From contig JAMOOM010000151.1 of the NCBI GenBank assembly GCA_027065515.1, positions 8,038 through 72,037 on the forward strand: 64,000 bases of DNA. Direction: 5' to 3'. Below are positions 20,913 to 29,461 of this stretch, in pieces. The translations under genes were made by a program, and so were the position numbers. The notes under the pieces were generated by a model that did not search any database, was not told where the DNA came from, and saw only the letters and a program-made list of their open reading frames with translations. The stretch is from Campylobacterales bacterium. GTDB lineage: Bacteria; Campylobacterota; Campylobacteria; Campylobacterales; Hydrogenimonadaceae. Within the stretch, counting starts at the first letter, position 1. Each line of letters starts with the position of its first letter.

Positions 20913-21484
20913 TGCGTTGTCATGTCTGCAGGTCTGTCTCTTTTTTGCCTCTTTGCAAGACGTGCCGACGAGAACTTTTGCAACCCGAGCCTAAAACAAG
21001 AAGACTGGATAACGGCCTCGAGGTTATAAGTTTTTACGCCTACGATGATATCGAGCCTTTTTTGCTCACCAAGCATCTGCCTCATGGCTGGGCGATATAT
21101 CGCATTCTCGCAAAAGAGAGTTTCTCCTCCTTTAAACGAAATATCGAATCGGGCACAATGGCCATTCCGATCGACGACGATCCGAAAAGTGGATACAGCC
21201 ATACCGCAATTTTGGCTCGTAGTCTCAAATCGGCAACCTGCAAGACGCTTTACGGCAAGCTTCATGCACAAAACCGTATCAGCTATGCGGGCCGATCCAA
21301 GAGTTTCAGGCTCCAAAACCCAAGAAATTTTCTTTATACAGGATCCGCAGGTATAAAAGCGCTGCTTGTCGACGATATCGTAACTACCGGTTTCACTTTG
21401 ATGGAAGCGGGAGATATATTGGCGCGCCACGACGTTGAAGTGAGCGGAGCCATCGTGCTGGCCGACGCAGACCGGAAGGGCTGA
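20912..21484 (+). CDS. ComF-family phosphoribosyltransferase-domain protein
   Basis: ATG at 20912 overlaps the lepA stop (TGATG). It has an N-terminal CxxC...CxxC zinc-finger (CHVCRS...CKTCRR) and the C-terminal PRTase motif LLVDDIVTTGFT. Confidence 0.8.
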   Translation: MRCHVCRSVSFLPLCKTCRRELLQPEPKTRRLDNGLEVISFYAYDDIEPFLLTKHLPHGWAIYRILAKESFSSFKRNIESGTMAIPIDDDPKSGYSHTAILARSLKSATCKTLYGKLHAQNRISYAGRSKSFRLQNPRNFLYTGSAGIKALLVDDIVTTGFTLMEAGDILARHDVEVSGAIVLADADRKG

Positions 21485-21504
21485 TGCTTTTCTTGGCTGT
21501 TTTG

Positions 21505-21513
21505 TGGTATAAT
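21505..21513 (+). promoter_or_regulatory. extended -10 promoter candidate, implying a roughly 290-nt leader for the DEAD-box helicase gene
   Basis: TGgTATAAT at 21505-21513, 20 nt after the comF stop. Downstream are perfect inverted repeats CTGAACCT/AGGTTCAG and AATATACTT/AAGTATATT. Confidence 0.4.
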
Positions 21514-21810
21514 GCGCAAATCCTGACACCTGAACCTAAAAATATTTCACTCGATTTATCAGGTTCAGTTCTTCCCGTCGACCGCGAATATACTTCCATA
21601 TAAAAGTATATTTACCGGATGGGCACCGAAGGCACTTGGCTTGGGAGCCATATTGGGCATTTCTGAAAACATGCCGCTTAAAGAGAGTGACGTTTTTGGA
21701 TATATCCATTTGAGTATGTGCGTGCCGTCGGTAAATAGACTTCGATATCCCGATTATGAAATTTTCGCCTTGTATCGAAGCTACAAATCATTACAAAGAG
21801 AAACACCACC

Positions 21811-23301
21811 ATGGAACAAGAACAGCAACAACAAACAACTGATGCTTCCGCGCAAGAGAGCGCTCCAAAGCCGACAATGACATTTGCAGATTTTGGATTC
21901 AAGCAGCCGATAATGCGCGCTATAGATCGAATGGGATTCAAAGTGCCCAGTCCGATACAAGAGAAGGTCATTCCGTTGATTTTGGAGGGCCACGATGTCG
22001 TAGGCCAGGCGCATACCGGAACAGGCAAAACAGCCGCATTCGGTTTGCCCGCACTCAACAATATAGAGTGGCGAAACGGCGTGGAGATGCTCGTTATCAC
22101 TCCTACACGTGAATTGGCCACACAGGTTAGCGACGAGCTCTTCAGTCTCGGCCGATTTGCCGGAATCCGTACCGTCAGCGTCTATGGAGGCCAGAGTTAT
22201 CGCCGACAGCTCGATCTGATCGGGCGTGGCGCGCAGGTTGTCGTAGCGACACCGGGGCGTCTGCTGGATCTTCTAAGCAGCGGAAGGCTGGAAGATTTCA
22301 ACCCTTCCATCGTCGTGCTCGATGAAGCCGACGAGATGCTCGATATGGGTTTTCTAGACGATATCAAAGAGATTTTCAGTTATCTGCCGCAACAGCGCCA
22401 GACACTTCTTTTTTCGGCAACGATGCCAGAACCGATCAAGGATCTGGCGCGCCATATTCTGCACGAGCCAAAATTTGTCTCCGTCACAAAAAAAGAGACG
22501 ACAAACAAAGATATTCGCCAGCTCTATTACGTGATCGAAGAGAAAGATCGCGATGATGCGATCGTGAGACTTTTGGACAAAGAGCAGCCTGAAAAAGCGA
22601 TCGTCTTTTGCCGTATGAAGCGCGAGGTGGATCGTGTGGCTGAGCTGCTTCAAGCCCAGGGGATAAACGCCCGCGGATTGCATGGCGATATGGAGATGCG
22701 CGAAAGGATGGAAGTCATCAAGGGGTTCAGGGGGCGCGATGTCTCTATTCTCGTAGCCACCGACGTAGCGGCACGCGGACTCAATATCGAAAATGTAAGT
22801 CATGTTTTCAACTACCACATACCTTTCGATCCGGAAAGCTATGTCCACCGCATCGGTCGCACCGGACGCGCAGGCAAAAAAGGAACGGCGATCACTCTGG
22901 TGACTCCGCTGGAGTTCAAAGAGCTCGAGCGTATCCGACAGAAGGTTGGCGCAAAGATGGAGTTTGGCTTCGTGGACGAGAATGCCAATGTGGCAGAGGA
23001 TATGACCGACCTGTTTCTCGATGCAGTGCGCGAGCAGGATATAGATCAGGCCGCAGTCAAGATTTATGAGGCACTCGAAAACGATATGGCTCCGCAAAAG
23101 GTTGCCTATAAACTCATTTCGATGATTCTCGAAAAAGGGGTGCTTTCGCCAAAAAGCGAAGGAATAGGCCTTAGCAAAGAGGAGGCTGAGCGGCTTATGC
23201 AGATGAGTGGCGTCGGAGCCAAGCCGAAAAGAAAAGGCGGCGGCGGACGCAATAGAAGAAGCGGAGGGCAAAACCGCGGCAGAAGCGGCCATCGCCGTTA
23301 A
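21811..23301 (+). CDS. DEAD-box ATP-dependent RNA helicase (DeaD/CsdA-like) with RGG-rich tail
   Basis: 496 aa with the Q-motif, AHTGTGKTAAF, DEAD (LDEADEM), SAT and HRIGRTGRAG. The C-terminal tail is KRKGGGGRNRRSGGQNRGRSGHRR. Confidence 0.95.
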   Translation: MEQEQQQQTTDASAQESAPKPTMTFADFGFKQPIMRAIDRMGFKVPSPIQEKVIPLILEGHDVVGQAHTGTGKTAAFGLPALNNIEWRNGVEMLVITPTRELATQVSDELFSLGRFAGIRTVSVYGGQSYRRQLDLIGRGAQVVVATPGRLLDLLSSGRLEDFNPSIVVLDEADEMLDMGFLDDIKEIFSYLPQQRQTLLFSATMPEPIKDLARHILHEPKFVSVTKKETTNKDIRQLYYVIEEKDRDDAIVRLLDKEQPEKAIVFCRMKREVDRVAELLQAQGINARGLHGDMEMRERMEVIKGFRGRDVSILVATDVAARGLNIENVSHVFNYHIPFDPESYVHRIGRTGRAGKKGTAITLVTPLEFKELERIRQKVGAKMEFGFVDENANVAEDMTDLFLDAVREQDIDQAAVKIYEALENDMAPQKVAYKLISMILEKGVLSPKSEGIGLSKEEAERLMQMSGVGAKPKRKGGGGRNRRSGGQNRGRSGHRR

Positions 23302-23305
23302 AAAA

Positions 23306-24463
23306 TTGTCCGAGCGCATCTACGACGCCATCATACTTGGCGCCGGTGCCGCCGGGCTGATGGCTGCAGCGCATCTGAAGCGAAAAAGTGTAGCCATTTT
23401 GGAGCACAACCCAAAGCCGGGCGCAAAAATCGCCATTTCGGGCGGAGGGCGTTGCAATATCACCAATGCCGAACTATCCCCTTCACGTTATCTTGGAGAC
23501 CCATCTTTCATAGAGAGCGTTTTTTCACAATTTGACAACCATGATCTTATAGAGTTTTTGCATCGTCACGGCCTCGAGCCTGTCGTTCGAAAAGAGAACC
23601 AATATTTCTGTCCCGATCGTGCACGGGAGTTGATCGATACGCTTTTGCGTGCCGGAAGTGGCGGGGATTTCAGCGGAAATGAATTTTTTTACGATACCGA
23701 AGTGAATGGCGTCGTGAAAGAGAATGGGCTGTTTGCAGTAGATAGTTCGCGCGGCATATATCGGGCCAAAAAGCTTATCGTCTCAACCGGCGGACTCAGT
23801 TACAAAAGTGTTGGAGCCGGCGGTGCCGGCCTGCAGATAGCCGAAGCCTTCGGTCACCGTGTCAGGCCGCCAAACCCTGCGCTTGTCGGCTTGACACTGC
23901 AGCCTGAACAGGCGTGGATGAGGTCGCTTTCTGGCCTCTCTTTGCCTGTGGAGATCGGTGTCGGCAGACGAGTACTGAAAGAAGATATGCTTTTTACCCA
24001 CAAAGGCATCAGTGGCCCTGCAGTACTGAACGCCTCTTTGTATTGGAAGCAGGGCAAGATCGTAGTGGATTTTCTGCCCAAAAAGAGAATCAAGACGCTT
24101 TTGAAGTCCCCCACAAAGAGCGCGGCATCCCAGATACCTCTTCCAAAGCGCTTCGTGCGTGCCTTTTTCGATTCACTGGATATTCCGAATATTCCATACA
24201 AAGAGATGAACGAGATTCAAAAGCAGCGTCTTTCATTGCTGAAGTCGTACGCTTTTGCCCCGGCGGGCACTTTCGGTTTCACAAAGGCGGAAGTGACAAA
24301 GGGCGGGGTCGATACCGATCAGATCGATCCATATACGATGCAAAGTCGATTGACAGAAGGCCTCTATTTTGCCGGAGAAGTCATAGATGTAACAGGTGAG
24401 ATTGGCGGATACAACTTTCAATGGGCTTTTTCATCGGCGGTAGTGGCGGCAAAAAGTATCTAA
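23306..24463 (+). CDS. HI0933/BaiN-family NAD(P)/FAD-dependent flavoprotein
   Basis: FAD Rossmann motif DAIILGAGAAGLMAA directly at the N-terminus, with ISGGGRCNITN and a C-terminal FAGEVIDVTGEIGGYNFQWAFSS. The proposed TTG start at 23306 lies 4 nt after the helicase stop. The ORF-track start at 23207 lies inside the helicase gene. Confidence 0.8.
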   Translation: MSERIYDAIILGAGAAGLMAAAHLKRKSVAILEHNPKPGAKIAISGGGRCNITNAELSPSRYLGDPSFIESVFSQFDNHDLIEFLHRHGLEPVVRKENQYFCPDRARELIDTLLRAGSGGDFSGNEFFYDTEVNGVVKENGLFAVDSSRGIYRAKKLIVSTGGLSYKSVGAGGAGLQIAEAFGHRVRPPNPALVGLTLQPEQAWMRSLSGLSLPVEIGVGRRVLKEDMLFTHKGISGPAVLNASLYWKQGKIVVDFLPKKRIKTLLKSPTKSAASQIPLPKRFVRAFFDSLDIPNIPYKEMNEIQKQRLSLLKSYAFAPAGTFGFTKAEVTKGGVDTDQIDPYTMQSRLTEGLYFAGEVIDVTGEIGGYNFQWAFSSAVVAAKSI

Positions 24464-24594
24464 AAGATACCTTTCGAAATGCTGAATACAGCTTTGATAT
24501 CTATAAAATCGTTGCAGAAAAAATATGGATCCAGCCTCTGCGGTCTATTTTGATTTGACTTTTTACCACCTTGCTGTATATGGGCGAAAATCTC

Positions 24595-25638
24595 CTACAG
24601 TGTATTCATTTCGATGTTGTCGAAATTTCGACGGTAGTATCGCATATACAGAACCTTCTTTTCGAGTGCTTCTATGACCGTCTGGCTAAAGTCCACATCT
24701 TTGAAAAGATGGGTGTGATGCAGCCCTCCGGGACTGAATACATTGATCTCAAGCAGTTTATCGCCAACGATATCGAGCCCGACCAGAAACATACCGTCTT
24801 GGACAAGTTTCGGACGGACGATCTCCGCGATCCTCAACATTTCATCGGTCACTTCCGTTTCAGCCGCCCGCCCACCGGCATGGATATTCGACCGGATATC
24901 CTTTTCGGCGGGAATTCTCCTGAAAGCGCAATAGCGTCCATTCGACTGCAAAGGGACCCCGTTCATCAGAAACAAGCGCACATCGCCGTCGATGGCTTCC
25001 GGCAGAAACGCTTCGGCGATGGCATATCCGTCGCGAAAGACGGCATCGGCCATCTGGTGAAGATTCGCTGCATCGGCAGGCTGCACGAAAAAGACGTTGC
25101 GCCCTCCCGAACCCATCAGCGGTTTGATAATGATATTGTGATCGTGCGCTTCGTAAAAACGCTCGATCTCGGAAACATTTCTTGCGATCACCTTCTCGAC
25201 ACGTACCTCTTTCGGAAAATGTTGAAAATACATCTTGTTGATCGCTTTTGAAAGACCGTCCGGATCGTTGAGAACGATCACACCATGCCGCAATGCAGTG
25301 CGTCCGAAGACGATCGCAGCATGCTGTGCCCATGAGGATTGAACATCCTGGGCCGGATCGTTGCGAAGCATCAAGATATCGAGATCGTCCACGGTGATCC
25401 GTTTCTGTATCGCATCATCCGCACAGAGCGCGCCGTAATAACTCTTCTGATCCGAATAGTTTCCGGTTTCGACGCTTCTGGCATGGGCATGTACCATCTC
25501 GTCGCAGTTGTAGACGAAATCACCCACGCCCATCAGCCAGACTTCATGGCCCATCTTCGTCGCCGTCAATGCCAGCTGGATCGTGGAGCTGGGCAAGGGC
25601 TCGTGAAGAAGGTCGTTGATGACAAATCCGATTTTCAT
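24595..25638 (-). CDS. glutathione-synthetase-like (GshB-type) ATP-grasp ligase
   Basis: 347 aa. The N-terminus (MKIGFVINDL...ALTATKMGHEVWLMGVGDF) resembles the prokaryotic GshB N-domain and is followed by an ATP-grasp core (IIKPLMGSGGRNVF, GDVRLFLMNG, NIHAGG). It is the last gene of a four-gene overlapping operon. Confidence 0.75.
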   Translation of the reverse strand: MKIGFVINDLLHEPLPSSTIQLALTATKMGHEVWLMGVGDFVYNCDEMVHAHARSVETGNYSDQKSYYGALCADDAIQKRITVDDLDILMLRNDPAQDVQSSWAQHAAIVFGRTALRHGVIVLNDPDGLSKAINKMYFQHFPKEVRVEKVIARNVSEIERFYEAHDHNIIIKPLMGSGGRNVFFVQPADAANLHQMADAVFRDGYAIAEAFLPEAIDGDVRLFLMNGVPLQSNGRYCAFRRIPAEKDIRSNIHAGGRAAETEVTDEMLRIAEIVRPKLVQDGMFLVGLDIVGDKLLEINVFSPGGLHHTHLFKDVDFSQTVIEALEKKVLYMRYYRRNFDNIEMNTL

Positions 25639-27542
25639 ATGTATCCTTTTTCGATCAGATCCAGAATACTCAATCTCTTATTCCGTATCTCTTCAAGTCT
25701 CGCTTTTGCGGACTTTTCCTCAAGCCAGCGAGGCCAGAGCGGCGGTTTTTTCAAAATCTCTCTCCACTGCAGCTCTTCGATCAGAGGGATGTGTTCGGCC
25801 GCGATCTTCCCGACAAACAGAGGCTCCAACGCACCGCCATCGTGCAGATAGTCGAACAGTCCGACCAACCCGCGCAGATAGACCGCATCTTTCGTCAACC
25901 CGCCCCCCCTGAATACACGTGTCGTGATCGTGAAGGCGCTCTTCTCGCCAAACAGGTAGCGTTCATGCAGCTGCCGGAACGTCTCTTCGAAAGAGCTTCC
26001 TTCACAAAGCATATGCACGGCAACCACCCGTGCCGCCAGGATTCTTAGGCGCGCTTTGCTGATGCCCCCGCTGAGATATTCGGAGAGAACGGCAATCCCC
26101 TCCTGCATCTCGTCATAACCGCTAAGCCCCGTATGGAGCTGTTTGAAAGGCTGAGCGAGGCCGTTCGTGTAGGTCAGTATATGGGTGCCGATCTCGTGAT
26201 GAAGCAGTGCTTCGACTCTCTTTTTGGGAAAATGCGCCCATTTGGAGATGAAGAAATCTCCACCGGAGACCATCGCTCCGGAGACGATATCTTCACGAAT
26301 CTGCACGGAAGAACGCATCGACGGATAGAACGTTTTGTAGTATGCGATCTCTTCATTCGCATACTCGGCAAACGTTTCGGCATCCACAGTATCCGTTTCG
26401 GCATCGGCCTCGAGATTCCGCTGTTCATGGGGGAGGTGTTCGAGCATCGTTTCCGCCGTTTCAAGCAGTGCGTTTTCGACCTTTCCGTAGGCGGGAATAC
26501 TTCCATAGAGAAAATTCGGCGTGTCGCGGTCGGAAAGCATCGTCAATTTACGATCGAGCTCTTCGCGCTTCTGGCTAAAAAGCTCCATCAGTGTCGGATC
26601 TTCGATCTTTCCGATGGGAATGTCGTAGAGCGCACGTTTCATCTGCGGAATGTCGAAGGGCCTGGGCCGGTAGAGGAAATGGGGTGTTTCCGCATATCCT
26701 TTCGCTTTGAAGCTACCCCATGCCTCCTCCGTATTGACAGGGGTGACCTGTAGAAGAAAGTCGAACGCATCGTCGATTTCGGCCAAGGCGTTGTCCACAT
26801 CCCAAACGACTTTCGTGACAAGCCGCCGTCCCATCATCGCATAGTGGGTGGGGCAGCTGCCGGTCAATGCCACGGAAAAGCGGTAAAAAGCGTTTTTAAG
26901 CGCTTTCGCAACCCCTTTTCGGATTCCTTCGAGTTCGATAGGATAGAGTGTTTTCCCTGTCTCGTCCTGATAGACGGGTGCGACGCCGAGTCCGAGGAGA
27001 TAGGTGTTGCAGCGTTGCAATACATCTTTTTCCAAAAGCGGGGGGAGCGTTGCCGGGGCGACGCTTTTACAGCGTGCAATCTGCACATGGGCGTGAAGCC
27101 GGTGAAGCGTAACTCTTTCCAGCCAGTTCCGAAGTGTTTCTACGGTAGAAAGGAGTTCCTCCGGCTGCTCCGAACAGATCCTGAACGCCGGTGACCGCTT
27201 CGTTTCCGTTTCATCGCAAAAGGCTTCGTGCGGCAGCGTCCAGAGCTCGACGATCAAGAAATGCCCAAAGATTTTCGACATGGTTTCGGCAACGGCTTCG
27301 AGCAAGGATGCGACATTCTCGCCTCCCAAAACCGTCAGATAGGAAGCCTCGCCATATACGAGACGTTCGGTGCCCACATCCGCCCTCTCTTTCGGCTTTC
27401 GATAGACACAAAGAAATGGAAGCTGCCGGTCGATATGAATCCGTCCGCCACCAGGAAGTTTTTTTCTGATGGCCCGATTGGCCTGAATATCCGCCGTTAC
27501 ACTCTCGATGAAGTCTCGATCGATTTTCACCGATCCATTCAT
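25635..27542 (-). CDS. DUF1704-family putative metallocarboxypeptidase ('flavohaemoglobin expression-modulating QEGLA-motif protein' family)
   Basis: 635 aa with an HHEIGTH metal-binding-type motif followed by DEMQEGIAVLSEYL (QEGLA-like). It has 4-nt overlaps with both neighbours. Confidence 0.7.
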   Translation of the reverse strand: MNGSVKIDRDFIESVTADIQANRAIRKKLPGGGRIHIDRQLPFLCVYRKPKERADVGTERLVYGEASYLTVLGGENVASLLEAVAETMSKIFGHFLIVELWTLPHEAFCDETETKRSPAFRICSEQPEELLSTVETLRNWLERVTLHRLHAHVQIARCKSVAPATLPPLLEKDVLQRCNTYLLGLGVAPVYQDETGKTLYPIELEGIRKGVAKALKNAFYRFSVALTGSCPTHYAMMGRRLVTKVVWDVDNALAEIDDAFDFLLQVTPVNTEEAWGSFKAKGYAETPHFLYRPRPFDIPQMKRALYDIPIGKIEDPTLMELFSQKREELDRKLTMLSDRDTPNFLYGSIPAYGKVENALLETAETMLEHLPHEQRNLEADAETDTVDAETFAEYANEEIAYYKTFYPSMRSSVQIREDIVSGAMVSGGDFFISKWAHFPKKRVEALLHHEIGTHILTYTNGLAQPFKQLHTGLSGYDEMQEGIAVLSEYLSGGISKARLRILAARVVAVHMLCEGSSFEETFRQLHERYLFGEKSAFTITTRVFRGGGLTKDAVYLRGLVGLFDYLHDGGALEPLFVGKIAAEHIPLIEELQWREILKKPPLWPRWLEEKSAKARLEEIRNKRLSILDLIEKGYI

Positions 27543-28384
27543 AGTTTTACACCCATCTTTTTCAATGAATGCTCGATGCCAGGCATGGCGGACTTCAGAA
27601 GAGTATGGATTTTTTCAACCTTCAATAGATCGATATGTCCGCTCCACTCATCCATAAAAAATTTTTTGATTTCGATCGAAAGAACACATCCTGATTCTTT
27701 GAAATTGCTGTGAATCCATTCAGCCATATAGCCTCCCTGGAACTTGACGTTTTCACGCACATCCAGCGTTCGGCCGAAATAGTCGAACCTCTGCAAATCG
27801 CTCATAAATGTTTCGATGAGCGGTTCCCAGAGTGTCCGGTTCCAAAGTGTCGCGGTTCCGACATTGATATCGGGATTCATCCGAGGGTCTTCCGGCGGGG
27901 CATCGGGCCCCTCCCGCCGATGATTGTAACTGTGCAGGTCCAAAACGACGAAAAATCCATACCTCTCTTTCAGGTTGGATAAAAATTCGTAAAGCTCTTT
28001 GTAAAAAAGATCGTAGAGCCCCAGTGCATGTTCGATCATCTTTTCGTTTGGAAGGCACTCCCACACGTCCAGTCCCCATGCATCTTCGGGTTTTAGATAG
28101 ACCGCCTTCTCTCTGGGTCGGTTTAGATCGACAAGAAAACGGGAAGCCGAAACCGTCAGGCGGTTGTCGGCGATCGATGTCATACGATAGGTGCATGGAT
28201 CCTCTTCGCGAAGTCTCGTCGCTTCATCGATCGCGATAAATGCGGCGACTTCTTCGGATAGATCGTGCCCGTCATGGATTGCAGCCGCGACAATCGGGCC
28301 TTCCGCCGGGCACATTGTCCACTGCCGTCGGCTCATCGAAAATTTCCGGGCGATAGACTCCGGATCGCAAATTGGCTTATCCAT
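27539..28384 (-). CDS. N-formylglutamate amidohydrolase (FGase)-family hydrolase
   Basis: ATG at 28384 (MDKPICD) overlaps the upstream stop (TGATG) and follows GAGGAGGAAAGG. FGase-family motifs are SRFLVDLNRP and VVLDLHSYN. Confidence 0.7.
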   Translation of the reverse strand: MDKPICDPESIARKFSMSRRQWTMCPAEGPIVAAAIHDGHDLSEEVAAFIAIDEATRLREEDPCTYRMTSIADNRLTVSASRFLVDLNRPREKAVYLKPEDAWGLDVWECLPNEKMIEHALGLYDLFYKELYEFLSNLKERYGFFVVLDLHSYNHRREGPDAPPEDPRMNPDINVGTATLWNRTLWEPLIETFMSDLQRFDYFGRTLDVRENVKFQGGYMAEWIHSNFKESGCVLSIEIKKFFMDEWSGHIDLLKVEKIHTLLKSAMPGIEHSLKKMGVKL

Positions 28385-28803
28385 CACCTTTCCTCCTCGC
28401 AAAGTTCCTCCTCGATTCGAGGCAGAAGAAGCCGTTTGAGCTGGTGAATCGTCCGCTCGTACGCTTCAAAAGGCTTTCCATCGGGATTTTCGAAACCTAT
28501 ATGGATCACTTTTTTCGCACCCGGCAAGACCGGACACGCCTCTTTGAGGTTGTCGCATACAGTTACCACCAGGTCGAAATCCCTGCGCTTCAAATCATCC
28601 AGACCCTTCGACCACAGATGCTCGGTTTCGATTCCGTCTTCTGCTAGCACCTGTAGCGTTTCGCGATCGATACTCTCTTTCGGGACGATACCCGCACTCT
28701 CGGCATGGAGGTTGCACGAACGTTTCAGATGGTGGTTGACCAGTGCTTCGGCCATAATGGAGCGGGCCGCATTGCCTATATCCAATATCAAAATTCTTTT
28801 CAT
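28384..28803 (-). CDS. ArsC/low-molecular-weight phosphatase-fold protein with Asp in place of the P-loop cysteine
   Basis: 139 aa. The P-loop region reads ILILDIGNAARSIMAE, where the canonical sequence is LCTGNSCRSQMAE. It retains VVTVCDNLKEACPVLPG and GFENPDG. Confidence 0.7.
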   Translation of the reverse strand: MKRILILDIGNAARSIMAEALVNHHLKRSCNLHAESAGIVPKESIDRETLQVLAEDGIETEHLWSKGLDDLKRRDFDLVVTVCDNLKEACPVLPGAKKVIHIGFENPDGKPFEAYERTIHQLKRLLLPRIEEELCEEER

Positions 28804-28848
28804 GGATTCACTTCTTTTTTATTCATATCATACACTGATAAAGTTTTA
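28795..28848 (-). repeat. copy A of a duplicated promoter/5'-leader/start-codon segment (partner at 32179-32229)
   Basis: On the minus strand it reads TAAAACTTTATCAGTGTATGATATGAATAAAAAAGAAGTGAATCCATGAAAAGA. It matches copy B at 47 of 51 aligned positions with one 3-bp indel, by manual alignment. It contains a TATGAT -10-like hexamer and ends in the first three codons of the ArsC-like gene. Confidence 0.85.
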
Positions 28849-29031
28849 GGGTCAATAGAGTCTGAGAGGATGATTGAGGTGGCGACTCGAATCTCTTTGT
28901 GATAAAGGGCACCTCCAAAGTATTTAGTGCTATCTTGAAGTACTCTATGGGAATTGAAATATAGAAGAATTTGATTTACTTTATGATAAAAAAATAAACT
29001 TCAAAGGACTCTGTATGGGAATTTTTATCTT

Positions 29032-29052
29032 GGGCCGCGTTTGGAGCGGCCC
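29032..29052 (-). terminator. GC-rich hairpin 4 nt after the rhodanese stop (possible terminator, no U-tract)
   Basis: GGGCCGC (29032-29038) pairs with GCGGCCC (29046-29052) around a 7-nt loop. Confidence 0.35.
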
Positions 29053-29056
29053 GGAA

Positions 29057-29461
29057 TTACTTCTGTATGTGGGCTTTATGTGCGGCTATCATATCTTCGA
29101 TGTTGGCTCCTAGGACAAAAACGTTTTCGTATCCAAGCGCTTCGAGATAACCCATCACTCGGTTAGCAAACCATCCTTTGAGGCATGCTACGAGGATTGG
29201 CGTGGTTTTGTCTTTCGGTAGAATATCAAGATAATTGGTGAAATCTGTATAGGGAGTGTAATAGGCATCTGGAATGTCGGCTTCCTCTGCGTTTTCGCCA
29301 TTCACTTTGGCAGGAGGACGAACATCCAGCAAAATAGCTCCTACCTCGCGTATCAGCTCTGCACCCTTTTGCATATCTACATTCCCAAGACCCGGTTTCT
29401 CTTTGTCGAGGGCGATCGCTGCTTCGATTCTTTCAACGATATTTTGATCCAATGTCGTCAT
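29057..29461 (-). CDS. single-domain rhodanese-like sulfurtransferase
   Basis: 134 aa with rhodanese topology (ILLDVRPP...) and a candidate active-site loop PILVACLKGWFANR. Confidence 0.7.
   Translation of the reverse strand: MTTLDQNIVERIEAAIALDKEKPGLGNVDMQKGAELIREVGAILLDVRPPAKVNGENAEEADIPDAYYTPYTDFTNYLDILPKDKTTPILVACLKGWFANRVMGYLEALGYENVFVLGANIEDMIAAHKAHIQK

Noticed and set aside
25903-25909. C7 (G7 on the coding strand) homopolymer inside the DUF1704 gene, as a possible phase-variation tract.
   Set aside because: It is shorter than the tracts of at least 8-9 nt that typically slip in Campylobacterota. It encodes an in-frame GGG motif in a conserved-looking region.
28849-29031. AT-rich 180-bp stretch between the ArsC-like operon and rhodanese, examined for IS ends, a CRISPR leader or a small gene.
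   Set aside because: It has no direct repeats, no terminal inverted repeats and no ORF with an RBS. Only the 18-nt shared motif (reported separately) stands out.
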